The position numbers and the translations under genes are program-made. From Syntrophales bacterium (GTDB lineage: Bacteria > Desulfobacterota > Syntrophia > Syntrophales > UBA2210): DNA of 64,000 bases. Of the stretch, positions 53,148 to 63,956 are shown in pieces (the stretch's first letter is position 1; each line of letters begins with the position of its first letter). Location: positions 1-64,000 of the forward strand of contig CAXXKT010000003.1 of NCBI GenBank assembly GCA_963662405.2, written 5' to 3'. Under the pieces are notes generated by a model, which was not told the origin of the DNA, searched no databases, and saw only the letters and a program-made list of their open reading frames with translations.

Positions 53148-54047
53148 TTAGGGTGAGTGGATTGTTGCCAGGAGGAAAAGCGTACCGAAAGAAAAGATAG
53201 TGATTCCTGATAGGAATCCAAGGATACGCTCTGTAACCGCTGCTTGATTTTTAGTCGTTACGCGCAAGATTCCCTCCTTTCCCGCAGTGACGGCGATAAT
53301 AAAAAGGGAGATGGTCGCCGCCATTCCAAGACAAATACAGAGGGTCAAAAGCAGGCCCAGTGCCAGGGCGTCCATGGAGAGACAGAACAGCATCACCATT
53401 ACAACACCGGGACAGGGTATCAATCCCACGGCAAGAGCCCACGGCAACAGCCCCCGTGACTCTTCCTTCGGATCCGATGGGGTGGCCTGTGAACGTGTCT
53501 TCGAAAACAACGACCATCCCTGTCTGATCACGATACCCATCCCGAGCAGGGTGATCAGTCCGAAGCTGATAACCTGGGTTACATGGGTAACTGTCTGCAA
53601 CGGCCCTGAGACACTCATCTGGAGTATATAGTGCAATATGAGCATACAGATCGCACCGGACAACCCGTGAAAAAAAGCGATACCGCCCCCGAGCCGCAGT
53701 CCGGTGACGATTGAGGGGGTACGCGACATCATGTAGGACATGGCGATCGCTTTGCCGTGTCCCGGTCCGGCCGCATGGATGGCGCCGTATCCCAGAGCAA
53801 TGAGCAGGACGGCGATGAAGGGGATGATGTCCTTTCCTGTCCTGACCTGGCGAATCAATCCCGCCATCTTTTGCTTGAGGGCCTGCTGGTACAGCGCAAT
53901 CTTCGTGAGAAGCGAGGCGTGCGGTGGGGCCTTCCGTACCGTATGGTCGGGAACCGGTGTGGCATGAAACGGATTTCCCTCTCCGGCAGCCGTGACCGGG
54001 CAGGTCAGTTGAAAAAGAATAACCAGCAAGATTGCTGTCCTAATCAT
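53148..54047 (-). CDS. Nickel/cobalt transporter (NicO/RcnA-like)
   Basis: YGAIHAAGPGHGKAI and GLIPCPG motifs; multiple TM helices. Confidence 0.85.
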   Translation of the reverse strand: MIRTAILLVILFQLTCPVTAAGEGNPFHATPVPDHTVRKAPPHASLLTKIALYQQALKQKMAGLIRQVRTGKDIIPFIAVLLIALGYGAIHAAGPGHGKAIAMSYMMSRTPSIVTGLRLGGGIAFFHGLSGAICMLILHYILQMSVSGPLQTVTHVTQVISFGLITLLGMGIVIRQGWSLFSKTRSQATPSDPKEESRGLLPWALAVGLIPCPGVVMVMLFCLSMDALALGLLLTLCICLGMAATISLFIIAVTAGKEGILRVTTKNQAAVTERILGFLSGITIFSFGTLFLLATIHSP

Positions 54048-54651
54048 TTTTTTGTTTAAACCTCACCTTGATTTCTTCCGGGTATATCTGTCCGTAGTAG
54101 TACGCTTTGTCCGAATTTGTCTCGATGCTCTGTTCGATTTGATAGGGGGCGCCGTTTTCATACGTCACCGGATCTTCGCTGAGGAAGACGCTACAGTAAA
54201 AGGTGCGATCATAGACGGAGAGGCATACCTCCTTGAATGTCCCTGTCGCGCGGATATGGCACGGCACAAAGAATCGGTAAATCATGGTGTCTTCCATAAT
54301 ATCCGCTGAAAAATCGGTTACGTATTTCACCTTGAACAGGGCGTCGCCTATCGTGATATGGACGAAGTAGTCGAAGTGACGAAGATTTGAGAAGGCACCC
54401 TTCCTCAGGCTTTCTCCTTCGGATGCTTCGAACCGGCCATTGCCGTTCGTGTCAAAATCGTGGATCATCATGCTGCTGAACATCTCGTCAAATACCCATG
54501 TGATCTTGAAACCCGTGATACCCTTTTCGTCGAAGACCACGGTGACGGTGCTGTCGAAAAAGACATGAGGGTGAGACCATGATACACCCCTGAATCCTAA
54601 CAGGAGCATAAGAGCCAATAACCCGACAGGGAGGATGTCTCGGCACCTCAT
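54040..54651 (-). CDS. DUF1007-family periplasmic protein
   Basis: Signal peptide then HPHVF; WVFDEMFS; YDRTFY; adjacent to a NicO-like gene. Confidence 0.85.
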   Translation of the reverse strand: MRCRDILPVGLLALMLLLGFRGVSWSHPHVFFDSTVTVVFDEKGITGFKITWVFDEMFSSMMIHDFDTNGNGRFEASEGESLRKGAFSNLRHFDYFVHITIGDALFKVKYVTDFSADIMEDTMIYRFFVPCHIRATGTFKEVCLSVYDRTFYCSVFLSEDPVTYENGAPYQIEQSIETNSDKAYYYGQIYPEEIKVRFKQKND

Positions 54652-54952
54652 GAAGAATCGCCTTATATCCGCTTAGTTATCGTTGCTGTGCACATCGCGT
54701 GTATATTCGATTATGGGGGGTGAAAAGTCAAGGGTGAAAGGCTCGGTTCACGGGATCGCGGCGGACGGCGGTGCTCAGGGTGTTGTATATTCGGGGGTGC
54801 TTCCCCTCGTTTTGGGGTTTTCCGTATGAGTCGAGCGGGTTTCCCGCCGTTCGGTCAGGGAGCGATGACCGCTGTGCGCTTCCCGTGTTTCGGTGTGTCC
54901 ACTCTAACCTTCCCATGTATGCGAATCCGGTTCCTCGCAGGTTATATTTTAT

Positions 54953-54979
54953 TAAAGTTTCCCTCAAGTCGGCCGATAT
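54953..54979 (+). promoter_or_regulatory. Sigma28 (FliA) promoter
   Basis: TAAA-N15-GCCGATAT upstream of a chemoreceptor gene. Confidence 0.8.
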
Positions 54980-55286
54980 ATCGAGTGAAAGGGTTGGAAG
55001 TTCCGAAGAAGAGCTGGCGTTTGCATGATATCTATATAGGTCTTATCAGATGTTTGTGTTGTGTGGTGGAGATGTAACCGCTTGTTGATTTGCTTTCTGT
55101 TGACCGAATGATAACCACCAGTAGGTCTTTGAATGTTCTTCTAAGAATTTGCTCATTTTTTACCAAAAAGGAAACTGATTGACGGTAACGCCAATCTTCG
55201 AGCGCGTGTGATGGGATCGGGTTCCCCCTTCTCCTGCGGGGAGCCCGAAAGTGTCGAGAAATAACAACATATTGGAGGGTGAGTCT

Positions 55287-57041
55287 ATGTTTAAGAGATT
55301 GAAAAAGCTGGGCATTCGTCAAAAATTGATCCTGCCGAACCTGCTCTATCTGGTCATGCTTGGTGTGGTCGTATACTTTTTTTTCAGTTCCCATTACATG
55401 ATGAACGATCTTTCAAAAGAGCAGTCTGTCTCCCGGGAACTGGAAAACAGGATACGCCAGGTTGCGCTCAGCACGAAGGACTACCTTCACCAGGACACGA
55501 CGTATAAATCGCTTGAGGGGGAATTTAAAGCGCTGCTGGCACAGACGGAAGGCCGGAATATGTCGACGAACTTTTCCGGGCTCTGGGAAAAGATCCAGCA
55601 GGTTGAGATGCTGCGGGGAGCCAATCTCCGGATAGATGATCAGGTTATGGAGCTTACGGACCAGTCGATTGCCCAGTCCAACGGATTTATCGAGAAAATA
55701 GGCAAAAGACTGGCGGACGAATTGACCCGGTCCCAGGTCACTACCCTGGAGCGCATGGTTATAGTCGGTGCCAATACCAATACCAGCGCGAATTATGAGC
55801 TCAAGGTGCTCTTCTGGAACCTGAAGGAAACCCTTGCGGCCAGGTCGAAGATGCTTGCCTTCATCGATACACTCGTGAAGAATACGGACAAGGATCTTGA
55901 AATGCTCAAAGGGACCCCCTTTGAAAAGATGGCGAGAGTAGCAAAAAAGTGCAACGCCGAGATAAAGGAGTTGACCCTGACCTATATCGCCAATGTCGAA
56001 GAGATGAATACCCTGCAAAAGGTCGTGTTTGAAGAGATAGAACAGGGTCTGGTCGACATAAAGGAATATGCGGCGGCGGAAAATCAGGCCTTCTTCTCTC
56101 ATATAGAGGCCTTTTTCCGCGATATCCTGCTCATTATGGTTGTCGTGACCATTATCGGTATCATTATCAGCACCCTTCTTGCCCGTTCGGTCTCGCGCGT
56201 TTTGACAAGGACAGGCGCGCTGGTGTCCGATGTCTCGGTACAACTGGTCGCGTCGTCCGAACAGGTCTCCTCTTCAAGTCAGTCACTGGCGGAGGCATCA
56301 TCGGAGCAGGCGGCATCGATTGAAGAGACCTCTTCGTCCATAGAAGAAATGGCTTCCATGACCAAGCAAAACGCAGATAACGCCGGCGCTGCGGACAGTC
56401 TCATGAAAACAACCAACCAGGTCTTCGCGAAGGCGGGTCAGTCGATGGATAAACTGACCAGCTCCATTAACGAGGTGACGGAGTCCAGTAAAGAGACATC
56501 GAAGATCATAAAGACCATCGACGAAATTGCGTTTCAGACGAATCTTCTGGCCCTGAACGCCGCCGTGGAAGCCGCGCGGGCGGGTGAGGCCGGTGCCGGG
56601 TTTGCCGTCGTCGCGGACGAGGTGAGAAGCCTGGCCATACGGGCTGCCGAAGCGGCTCGGAATACGGCCGTTCTTATCGAAGACACGATCCAGAAGGTCG
56701 AATTGGGCGCGGAACTGGTCATCTCCACCAACACCGATTTCGGCGAGGTGTCGGGAGATGTCGCCAAGATCGGTGACCTGATCGCGGAGATTACCGTGGC
56801 ATCGAACGAACAGGCCGAGGGGATCTCTCAGATCAACAAGGCCATGGCGGCGATGGATCAGGTGGTGCAGAATATCGCCGGCAATGCCGAGGAGGCCGCC
56901 TCGGCTTCCCAGGAGATGAATGGTCAGGCCAAACAGATGGAAGCGGTCGTCGAGGACCTGTCAAACCTGATCGGCGGGTCGAACGGGTCCCGGCAACAGG
57001 ATCACGCGCCGGATACGGTGGCCGGGTATCTGACCATGTAA
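55287..57041 (+). CDS. Methyl-accepting chemotaxis protein
   Basis: Two TM helices; [40 protein letters not shown] signalling hairpin. Confidence 0.95.
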   Translation: MFKRLKKLGIRQKLILPNLLYLVMLGVVVYFFFSSHYMMNDLSKEQSVSRELENRIRQVALSTKDYLHQDTTYKSLEGEFKALLAQTEGRNMSTNFSGLWEKIQQVEMLRGANLRIDDQVMELTDQSIAQSNGFIEKIGKRLADELTRSQVTTLERMVIVGANTNTSANYELKVLFWNLKETLAARSKMLAFIDTLVKNTDKDLEMLKGTPFEKMARVAKKCNAEIKELTLTYIANVEEMNTLQKVVFEEIEQGLVDIKEYAAAENQAFFSHIEAFFRDILLIMVVVTIIGIIISTLLARSVSRVLTRTGALVSDVSVQLVASSEQVSSSSQSLAEASSEQAASIEETSSSIEEMASMTKQNADNAGAADSLMKTTNQVFAKAGQSMDKLTSSINEVTESSKETSKIIKTIDEIAFQTNLLALNAAVEAARAGEAGAGFAVVADEVRSLAIRAAEAARNTAVLIEDTIQKVELGAELVISTNTDFGEVSGDVAKIGDLIAEITVASNEQAEGISQINKAMAAMDQVVQNIAGNAEEAASASQEMNGQAKQMEAVVEDLSNLIGGSNGSRQQDHAPDTVAGYLTM

Positions 57042-57142
57042 ACGGAGAGGAGGGAAGGGGAGGCACAGGGTGCGCTGGGCAGGGAAGGTCACGGCGGGAA
57101 CCTGGCGGAGCCGTCCCCTCGAGCAAGGGAAAAGGCCAGGGA

Positions 57143-57745
57143 TCAAAGGAGGCGAAATGTGATGAAATAGTTGTAGCCGAGGTCGACGATGCCAGTTTTC
57201 TTGAATCCAAATCGACCAATCAGCTCCTCCGTATCTTTCGGCGACAGGCGCATATGCTGCGGTGGGCCAAAAGAGAGATCCTTTTTATGGCATTCGATAA
57301 TTGCCAATCGCCCATCCGGGTTCAGAACGCGGCGTATTTCTTCACACAGGACGTCTGCTCTCCCGGCAACGTCCGGTATGTGAAGGACGGTTGCTACAAG
57401 GCATACGTCGATACATCCTCTGCTGATCGGTAACTGCTTTGTGGCGTCGGCAATCATTGCGACGATATTTGTTATGCCTTCTGCATCGGATCGTTGCTTC
57501 AAGTGATCGATATTCGATTCGGATTTATCGAGGGCATAAACCAGACCTGGCGATCCGATTTCCTTCGATGCCCTCATTGCATAGTCCCCCGGCCCACAGC
57601 CTATGTCGAGGAAACGGTTCCCCTCCGAAAGCGCAAGCGCATTGAAAACAATGTCCGGGCTATGCATCAAAAAACTGCTTGACCCTCCTCTATGCCCCGG
57701 TTTCCCGAGATCGTCTCGATGGTTGCATTTGTATCTTTGTTTCAT
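57143..57745 (-). CDS. Class I SAM-dependent methyltransferase
   Basis: FLDIGCGPG, VYALD, EIRRVLNPDGRLAIIE. Confidence 0.88.
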   Translation of the reverse strand: MKQRYKCNHRDDLGKPGHRGGSSSFLMHSPDIVFNALALSEGNRFLDIGCGPGDYAMRASKEIGSPGLVYALDKSESNIDHLKQRSDAEGITNIVAMIADATKQLPISRGCIDVCLVATVLHIPDVAGRADVLCEEIRRVLNPDGRLAIIECHKKDLSFGPPQHMRLSPKDTEELIGRFGFKKTGIVDLGYNYFITFRLL

Positions 57746-57773
57746 CGATTTTACTCCCTGTTTCGGATTGTTA

Positions 57774-60700
57774 TTACAAGTAATGCAAAAAGGATTCGAT
57801 TTTCATCCGATCGTTTTCGTTCCTGTTTCCGTCAAAGGTTAAATTGAGAACAGGCTTGGAGCGGTCGTTTTCAAATCCTTTATGTAATATGCTCAATGAA
57901 ATTTGCGTATTCTCATACGTAGAGGAAACGGTGATAATGCCGTCGATTCCATTCAGGTCGCTCAACAGTTTAGCCTCCCTGTACCTGCCGAACGCTCCGG
58001 CATAGTACCCGATCGTTCTGTCCGCTATCGTAATAAGTGCTTCCACGTCGGCTTCAAAAGGACTCCTGTCTGTCAAAGAGTGAGATACGGCACCTATGTA
58101 AAGCTTATATTCGTCCAACCTCTTCTGCAGGATGTGTGTTTTATTATTATTTTGGTCCGCAAAGTCTCGCCACATGACCCACAGGTATTCGCTCAACGGC
58201 GCATAGATTATCCGGTGACCGATATCTTCGATGTTTCTTAAAGAAAAATCATTTAGAAAGTCGTTGAACAGGATGAAGGGTTCGCCGATGGCAAGGATCC
58301 TCTTGCCGTCTTTCATGGCTTCCGGTTCACGACGGATGTTTTCCGCTGTCTTTACAAGATCGTCAATCGCGAGGTCTCTGCTCCCGATCAGGTCGAGAAG
58401 TTTTTGTAAATACTTTTCCCGGTGACGTGCATGTGCGGATCTGATGAGATCTCCCGCCAGCAGGCCCAGACATATCGCCCTTGCGTGCTCCCGGGACGTG
58501 CACAGCGCATCTTCTGTGAATGGGGCGAAGATATCGGCACTCTTATGCCCCTCCGCATCCAGTTTCGCTCGCACGAAACGATTCACCTGCCCGTCGATTT
58601 CTGCACCTTCCGTTTGCGGGACGAAAAAGGTCACGTTGTCACCACGACGCTCTCTGTCGTTCAGTACCGTGAGGACATCCCCCAGAAGGGCTGTGACGGA
58701 GAAGTATTCATTCGTCATGGTATGCTTTCTGCCTGTATCGACGGAGGAGCGGTTTGACTCCGGCATAGCTCCGGTATTGATTCCTCTGCCCGCCAACATT
58801 TTCCCGAAGATGTGCGAATAAGGATACAGGTATGGTAAATAGAGTGTCGTTCCGGCATTCAATTTCGACAGATCGGTTTTGATGTTCACTTTTTTATGGG
58901 TAATGTCTTGTGTATATGCCGTCATATCATCGGCCTTTTCCGCGATTTCTTTGCTTAAGCTATTGACGAACGCCTCAATCCTGGTGATAACGCCCACATC
59001 GGAATAATGTTCATCCACCTCGATATTCAGATAGGGTTTCCCCTCCATCATTTCCCTGAAATAATGTGTTATCATTGAATCTGGACCGCAGCCGTGATGG
59101 GTCAGAAGAATCGCGTACAGATTGGGATGCCGACTGATAAGCTGTGCCGGCTCCAGTATGTGCTGGGCGAAGGGCCAATACATATTCGGGTGTTCCTGTG
59201 AGATATCTGATTCAGGAAGGTCGTAAAAGCCTAGAACTTTATATCCCATATCCATCAACTTGTCGGGTATTCCCATGTTCAGGACCGGATCGGCGATACC
59301 GTATATCTTTGAAATGATAATGAAGACTTTTTCATCGGGCTTTATTTGACTGATTGCATTCTTCCCGTGTTCTTTTACTCTTTTTTCAAACAAGTGAAAT
59401 GCCTCCATACCTTTTTGAAGGGCCGCGACCGTCTCTTTAGGACCCTTCCCGAGTTGTTTCCCCAGATGTGCAAAGCTCTTCATCATGAATTCGTTACCAA
59501 GATTGGATGCAATGGTCGGAGCCAGCAACTCTATTCCCTGAGACCGCAAGTCCATGGCCTGATTGAGCACCTTGAAAGCCAGTTGCATGTAGGGGCACCC
59601 GTAGTTCTTCCGTGACGACGATCCGGGATGGTCGACGGTGTACAGGTCCGGAAAAAATATATAGTCGACGTTCTTCCGGACCAACTCCGCTACATGACCG
59701 TTGATCAGTTTGACGGGGTAACAGGTCTCATCCAGAGAATATTCCTGAGCCCGTTTAATTGTTTCTTCATTCGTGGGATCGGACAGCAACACATTGAACC
59801 CCAGTTCTTTGAAGATCGTGTAAAACATGGGGAACATTCCGTACGTGAACAACGCTCGTGGTATGCCAACGGTCTTTTTCCCGTCGTCCAGCGAGCCGTC
59901 GTATCCTGTGAATATGAGTTCTTCTATCTCTTTATGAAATACATTCGTATGATTGATTTTCGATTCCAACCCTTTTTGTTTTTCAATAACAATTTCCTTG
60001 TGTTCGATATCGAACCCCTTGAATCCGGTTTTCCCCGACGCCATCTCTTCTTTTGCCAATAGCGCAACCCCGTATGCACCGGTGACACTGAAAAACGGCG
60101 GTACAGAGACATCTTTCCCGAGCAGTGCCTTGAAGGCGTTTACAACTCCTTGATTGTATGCAACGCCTCCCTGAAAAAAAATTCTGTTACCGATTTTCTT
60201 TTCTCCCACAACTCTGTTGAGATAATTCTTGACGACGGCATAGCAGAGACCCGAAGCGATATCCGGCAGTGTTGCTCTCCTCGCCAGATGCGCCGCTATG
60301 TCGGTTTCCATGAAAACCGTACACCGTTCCCCCAGATGAATAGGATTGTTACTGGTAAGAGCGATCGTGCTGAAATCATGTATCGGCATATCGAATTTCT
60401 GGGCCTGTTCTTCAATGAACGATCCGGTTCCCGCCGCGCAAACCTTATTCATCTGAAAATCCGTCACCATACCGTTTTTAAGGGCGATATATTTGGAATC
60501 TTGCCCGCCGATTTCAAGAATCGTATCTACGCTACTATCTATGGTAATTGCCGCTTTTGCCTGACTTGTAATTTCATCTATCACAACATCGGCCCCGACG
60601 AACTCGCCGATCAAATATCTGCCGGAACCCGTCGTGCCGACTCCGGCAATATTGGTTCCGGCGCCGCATTCCATTTTGATTTCATATAATCCCTGTTGCA

Positions 60701-61772
60701 CTGCTTTGACAGGATCTCCCTCGGTTCTCAAATACTTGAAGCAGATGATGGTATTATTCCTGTTTACAAGCACCAGATTCGTGCTTGTCGATCCGATATC
60801 GATACCCAGATAGTATGTCTGATCGTCGTTATCATGATCATCCGGGATCAAATCATGTTTATTCACACTGTCGTTTACCCCGAAAGACAGTAACCCGGGC
60901 AGTTGAATCCCGTCATTCTTTTCTTCGTAAAAATGTTTCGGATCTTCCGTGATACTTAGTAAGCTTTCGATATTTATTCTAATCTTCTCTTTGCGGGCTA
61001 TGGCAGCCGCTCCCAAAGCAGCGATAGTTCGGTAATGCTCGGCTACGACCAGTTCTCCTTCTTCCAGGTTCAATACTTCTTTCAGGGCATTGACGATCGC
61101 CCGGTTGTGCGCCACACCGCCTACAAACAATATCGGTTTATTTCTGGGGAGTTTTCCCATAACCGCTCCCCGATAGTTTTTGACCATCGCGTGGGCAAGC
61201 CCCAGCAGAATATCCTCGACCGGAACCCCTTTTTGCTGATGGTGGGTAATATCAGTCTTGGCAAATACGCTGCATCTGCCGGCGATTCTTGGTATGCATG
61301 CGCCCCTGCTCGCATAAGAAGCGTAGTCTTCCAATGTGAGATTCAACCGGGACACCTGTTTTTCCAAGAAAGAACCTGTGCCGGCGGAACAGGCTGAATT
61401 CATGGAAATCTTTATGCGCGACCTGTCCTGTCCGTTGAAATCGGTTATATATTTAGCACTTTGCCCGCCGATCTCGATGATCGATCCGATATCTTTGTTT
61501 GTTTTCGCACTGCCTTCGATGATCGCCGCAACTTCATTCGTATATGAGATCTTCCCGTCTTTGGCGAGAAACGTTCCTCCACTGCCCGTTACGGCCCCAA
61601 ACACTATTTCTTCTTTGTTATATTTCAATAAAATATCCTGGATTGATTTCCGTAAATTTTCTCTGATCTGTCCTTTATGCAGGATATAGGTGTGGTATCG
61701 AACAACATCGCCGACATCGATCAGTACCAGCTTGATCGATGAATATCCTATGTCAATTCCTAAGCTGTACAT
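57774..61772 (-). CDS. Acyl-CoA dehydratase activase-like protein (two BcrAD/BadFG ATPase domains plus DUF2229)
   Basis: GIDIGYSSIK and GIDIGSTST; IEIGGQ; ACSAGTGSF and VCAAGTGSF; ETCYPVKLINGHV; HGCGPDS. Confidence 0.9.
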   Translation of the reverse strand: MYSLGIDIGYSSIKLVLIDVGDVVRYHTYILHKGQIRENLRKSIQDILLKYNKEEIVFGAVTGSGGTFLAKDGKISYTNEVAAIIEGSAKTNKDIGSIIEIGGQSAKYITDFNGQDRSRIKISMNSACSAGTGSFLEKQVSRLNLTLEDYASYASRGACIPRIAGRCSVFAKTDITHHQQKGVPVEDILLGLAHAMVKNYRGAVMGKLPRNKPILFVGGVAHNRAIVNALKEVLNLEEGELVVAEHYRTIAALGAAAIARKEKIRINIESLLSITEDPKHFYEEKNDGIQLPGLLSFGVNDSVNKHDLIPDDHDNDDQTYYLGIDIGSTSTNLVLVNRNNTIICFKYLRTEGDPVKAVQQGLYEIKMECGAGTNIAGVGTTGSGRYLIGEFVGADVVIDEITSQAKAAITIDSSVDTILEIGGQDSKYIALKNGMVTDFQMNKVCAAGTGSFIEEQAQKFDMPIHDFSTIALTSNNPIHLGERCTVFMETDIAAHLARRATLPDIASGLCYAVVKNYLNRVVGEKKIGNRIFFQGGVAYNQGVVNAFKALLGKDVSVPPFFSVTGAYGVALLAKEEMASGKTGFKGFDIEHKEIVIEKQKGLESKINHTNVFHKEIEELIFTGYDGSLDDGKKTVGIPRALFTYGMFPMFYTIFKELGFNVLLSDPTNEETIKRAQEYSLDETCYPVKLINGHVAELVRKNVDYIFFPDLYTVDHPGSSSRKNYGCPYMQLAFKVLNQAMDLRSQGIELLAPTIASNLGNEFMMKSFAHLGKQLGKGPKETVAALQKGMEAFHLFEKRVKEHGKNAISQIKPDEKVFIIISKIYGIADPVLNMGIPDKLMDMGYKVLGFYDLPESDISQEHPNMYWPFAQHILEPAQLISRHPNLYAILLTHHGCGPDSMITHYFREMMEGKPYLNIEVDEHYSDVGVITRIEAFVNSLSKEIAEKADDMTAYTQDITHKKVNIKTDLSKLNAGTTLYLPYLYPYSHIFGKMLAGRGINTGAMPESNRSSVDTGRKHTMTNEYFSVTALLGDVLTVLNDRERRGDNVTFFVPQTEGAEIDGQVNRFVRAKLDAEGHKSADIFAPFTEDALCTSREHARAICLGLLAGDLIRSAHARHREKYLQKLLDLIGSRDLAIDDLVKTAENIRREPEAMKDGKRILAIGEPFILFNDFLNDFSLRNIEDIGHRIIYAPLSEYLWVMWRDFADQNNNKTHILQKRLDEYKLYIGAVSHSLTDRSPFEADVEALITIADRTIGYYAGAFGRYREAKLLSDLNGIDGIITVSSTYENTQISLSILHKGFENDRSKPVLNLTFDGNRNENDRMKIESFLHYL

Positions 61773-61833
61773 CTTTTCTCCTCTTTCTTTTCCCGACTTT
61801 CTTTTTCATTTAGGTTAAAATGATTCGCATGCG

Positions 61834-63126
61834 TTAAAAACTATACCGTACGGCCGCATAGATATTCGTGTCGTTCTCGAATTGACCCAAAAACGTATGA
61901 GGTTCTTCTCCTGAAAAAATATTTGCCCCCGTTTCCAGTACCATGTTATCGGTATATTTATACCGTATGTTCGGACGAAGATAGGCATCCTGGTCACTGG
62001 GTGAATAATATGATGAAAAGGATAATTCCAAAGTCTGGTTCATCAGCAATTTCGTCAGTTGCAGCGTGATGACGTGTCTGTCGCGGTCCCGGGCCGGACC
62101 GCCGGACAGGTGTGCCGTGTAATTATCGTAATCAATCATATACTCGATGTAATATTGGAGGCTTGCGTTGAAGTCCTGTGCCAGATCCTGTGTATAGCCG
62201 ACGAGGTACCGCATTTCCGAGTTATTGATCAGTGGATTCGAGCCGCTTTCGTCGTCGACGGACTGATACCAGGCGTATTCGAGATTTCCGATTCCCGGAC
62301 CGACCCGTCCTCTGGCGCTGAGACCGTAGACGTTCAGATCGGGGAATATGGATATGCCCGATGGTGTCTGGCCGCTCGGCCGTTTCCAGAACCCATGGTA
62401 TCCGTAAACGGCCAATTCATAGTTGCTGATATTTTTATAGATGCGAAGGGCGATCTCTTCATCCCGGAACCAGTGATCCGGTCTATTGGCGGCGGCAATC
62501 GCATCCCTGCCAGCACATCTTCCCAGCCAGCCATTCCAGTATGAGACATATTCACCGATAATATACCGATCCGCGTCGAACTGCGGCGTGTACACCACGT
62601 CGATGTTGACCGGGCCCGTAAAAAAACTCACTTTCGCGGCGTCGGACGGAGCCTTGAGGTATTCCTTGTCCCGTCCGATGAAATATGATTGCCAGTCCTT
62701 GGGGAACATATCGTTGAGAAAAACAAGATCCCCCGTTCCCCAGGTCAGGACCTGGCGGCCGATTTTGATATCCATGAAATCGAACGGCCGTGAGAACATC
62801 CAGGCCTCACGGGTGTCATATTCACCTTCCTCCGTTATGCCGTCACCCCACACGTCACCCTTGTACTTGAACTCCGCCCAATCGGTGTAGGTGAAAAGTT
62901 CGGCCTGCAGCCGGGCCTCCATGACGGAAGCATCCTTTTCATACGGGTCATTCTGCGTGCGGCAGCCCGCCCGCAGCTCGAGGAATCCGTGTATCTCAAG
63001 AGGAGGGAGCAGATCCCCACAAGAATTTTCACCGGCTTCCGCAACGTGAACCGAAGGGGTGAAGAACACCAAGACAAGAAAGACTATAACGAGAAATAAC
63101 GTGCCGGGATTTTGAGGATTTTTCAT
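61834..63126 (-). CDS. Putative outer-membrane beta-barrel protein
   Basis: Signal peptide, REAW...IGRQVLTWG motif, C-terminal YAAVRYSF. Confidence 0.7.
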   Translation of the reverse strand: MKNPQNPGTLFLVIVFLVLVFFTPSVHVAEAGENSCGDLLPPLEIHGFLELRAGCRTQNDPYEKDASVMEARLQAELFTYTDWAEFKYKGDVWGDGITEEGEYDTREAWMFSRPFDFMDIKIGRQVLTWGTGDLVFLNDMFPKDWQSYFIGRDKEYLKAPSDAAKVSFFTGPVNIDVVYTPQFDADRYIIGEYVSYWNGWLGRCAGRDAIAAANRPDHWFRDEEIALRIYKNISNYELAVYGYHGFWKRPSGQTPSGISIFPDLNVYGLSARGRVGPGIGNLEYAWYQSVDDESGSNPLINNSEMRYLVGYTQDLAQDFNASLQYYIEYMIDYDNYTAHLSGGPARDRDRHVITLQLTKLLMNQTLELSFSSYYSPSDQDAYLRPNIRYKYTDNMVLETGANIFSGEEPHTFLGQFENDTNIYAAVRYSF

Positions 63127-63956
63127 CGCATTGCATTCCGTGGGGGTCTTCTCAGATAGCGTTCCGTAAAAATCTCATCTCCGAGTCCGATATTATATCG
63201 GATATTGGAGAAGGTCATTTCCGTTGTACTGCCGCTTTCCAGATCCTTGGCAATCGATACGGTTACCGTGGGGTATATCACCCTCTTTCCGTTTTCCTCG
63301 GATTGAATTTCTTCGAGCTTTACCACTTCGATAACACGATAGAGCCTGTCGTCCTTTTTAAAAAATTCCATTTTCATCGGTATAAACGTCATCCTGTCGA
63401 TGCAGGCCGTATAGTATTCAAACTCCACGGTATCGGGATTTTTCGGAACGTTTTTAAGTACGTAAAAGGTATCCGTTTCCTTGATCAGTTCGTGAGAGTC
63501 TTCGGCGGGACTGCGGCCGGAGATATCTTCATACAGAAAATCCGATCCGACAAAACTGGTCCGCTTATCACTTGCGGCAATCCGTTTGACTAGGTCCAGA
63601 CCGGGCATATAGAGCCAACGGTCATCGTCTTTCTCGGCGGCGGCGTGCTTGTGTACCATAAACACCATCTTGCGCACGTCGGCGGGCGACCGAAAAAACG
63701 AGTAGTATTTCTGATCCTCGTCTCTATCGTCGCAGTTTTTCCGAAGCATGTTGAACTCTCTCATCCGTATCCGACCCTGCTTGTCCCGTATCACCAGGGT
63801 AACCGTGCCTTTGCCGTCCGCTCCCTGGTATAAAGACATGTGATTGGCCTTTCGTACGATTTCGTCCACCGTCGGTTCTCCCGCCTGTCCTTCTCCCCAC
63901 GCAACTCCCGCGAACAATATAAAGAACGTTACAATGATCATTCCCTTTGTTTTCAT
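63123..63956 (-). CDS. Outer-membrane lipoprotein-sorting (LolA-like) protein
   Basis: SPADVR, DDRWLYMPGLDLVKRIA, SFVGSDFLYED, FTERYL. Confidence 0.85.
   Translation of the reverse strand: MKTKGMIIVTFFILFAGVAWGEGQAGEPTVDEIVRKANHMSLYQGADGKGTVTLVIRDKQGRIRMREFNMLRKNCDDRDEDQKYYSFFRSPADVRKMVFMVHKHAAAEKDDDRWLYMPGLDLVKRIAASDKRTSFVGSDFLYEDISGRSPAEDSHELIKETDTFYVLKNVPKNPDTVEFEYYTACIDRMTFIPMKMEFFKKDDRLYRVIEVVKLEEIQSEENGKRVIYPTVTVSIAKDLESGSTTEMTFSNIRYNIGLGDEIFTERYLRRPPRNAMR

Noticed and set aside
54740..54920. Cobalamin or NiCo riboswitch upstream of the DUF1007-NicO genes
   Set aside because: GGGAA words are present but no B12 box or NiCo core was found.
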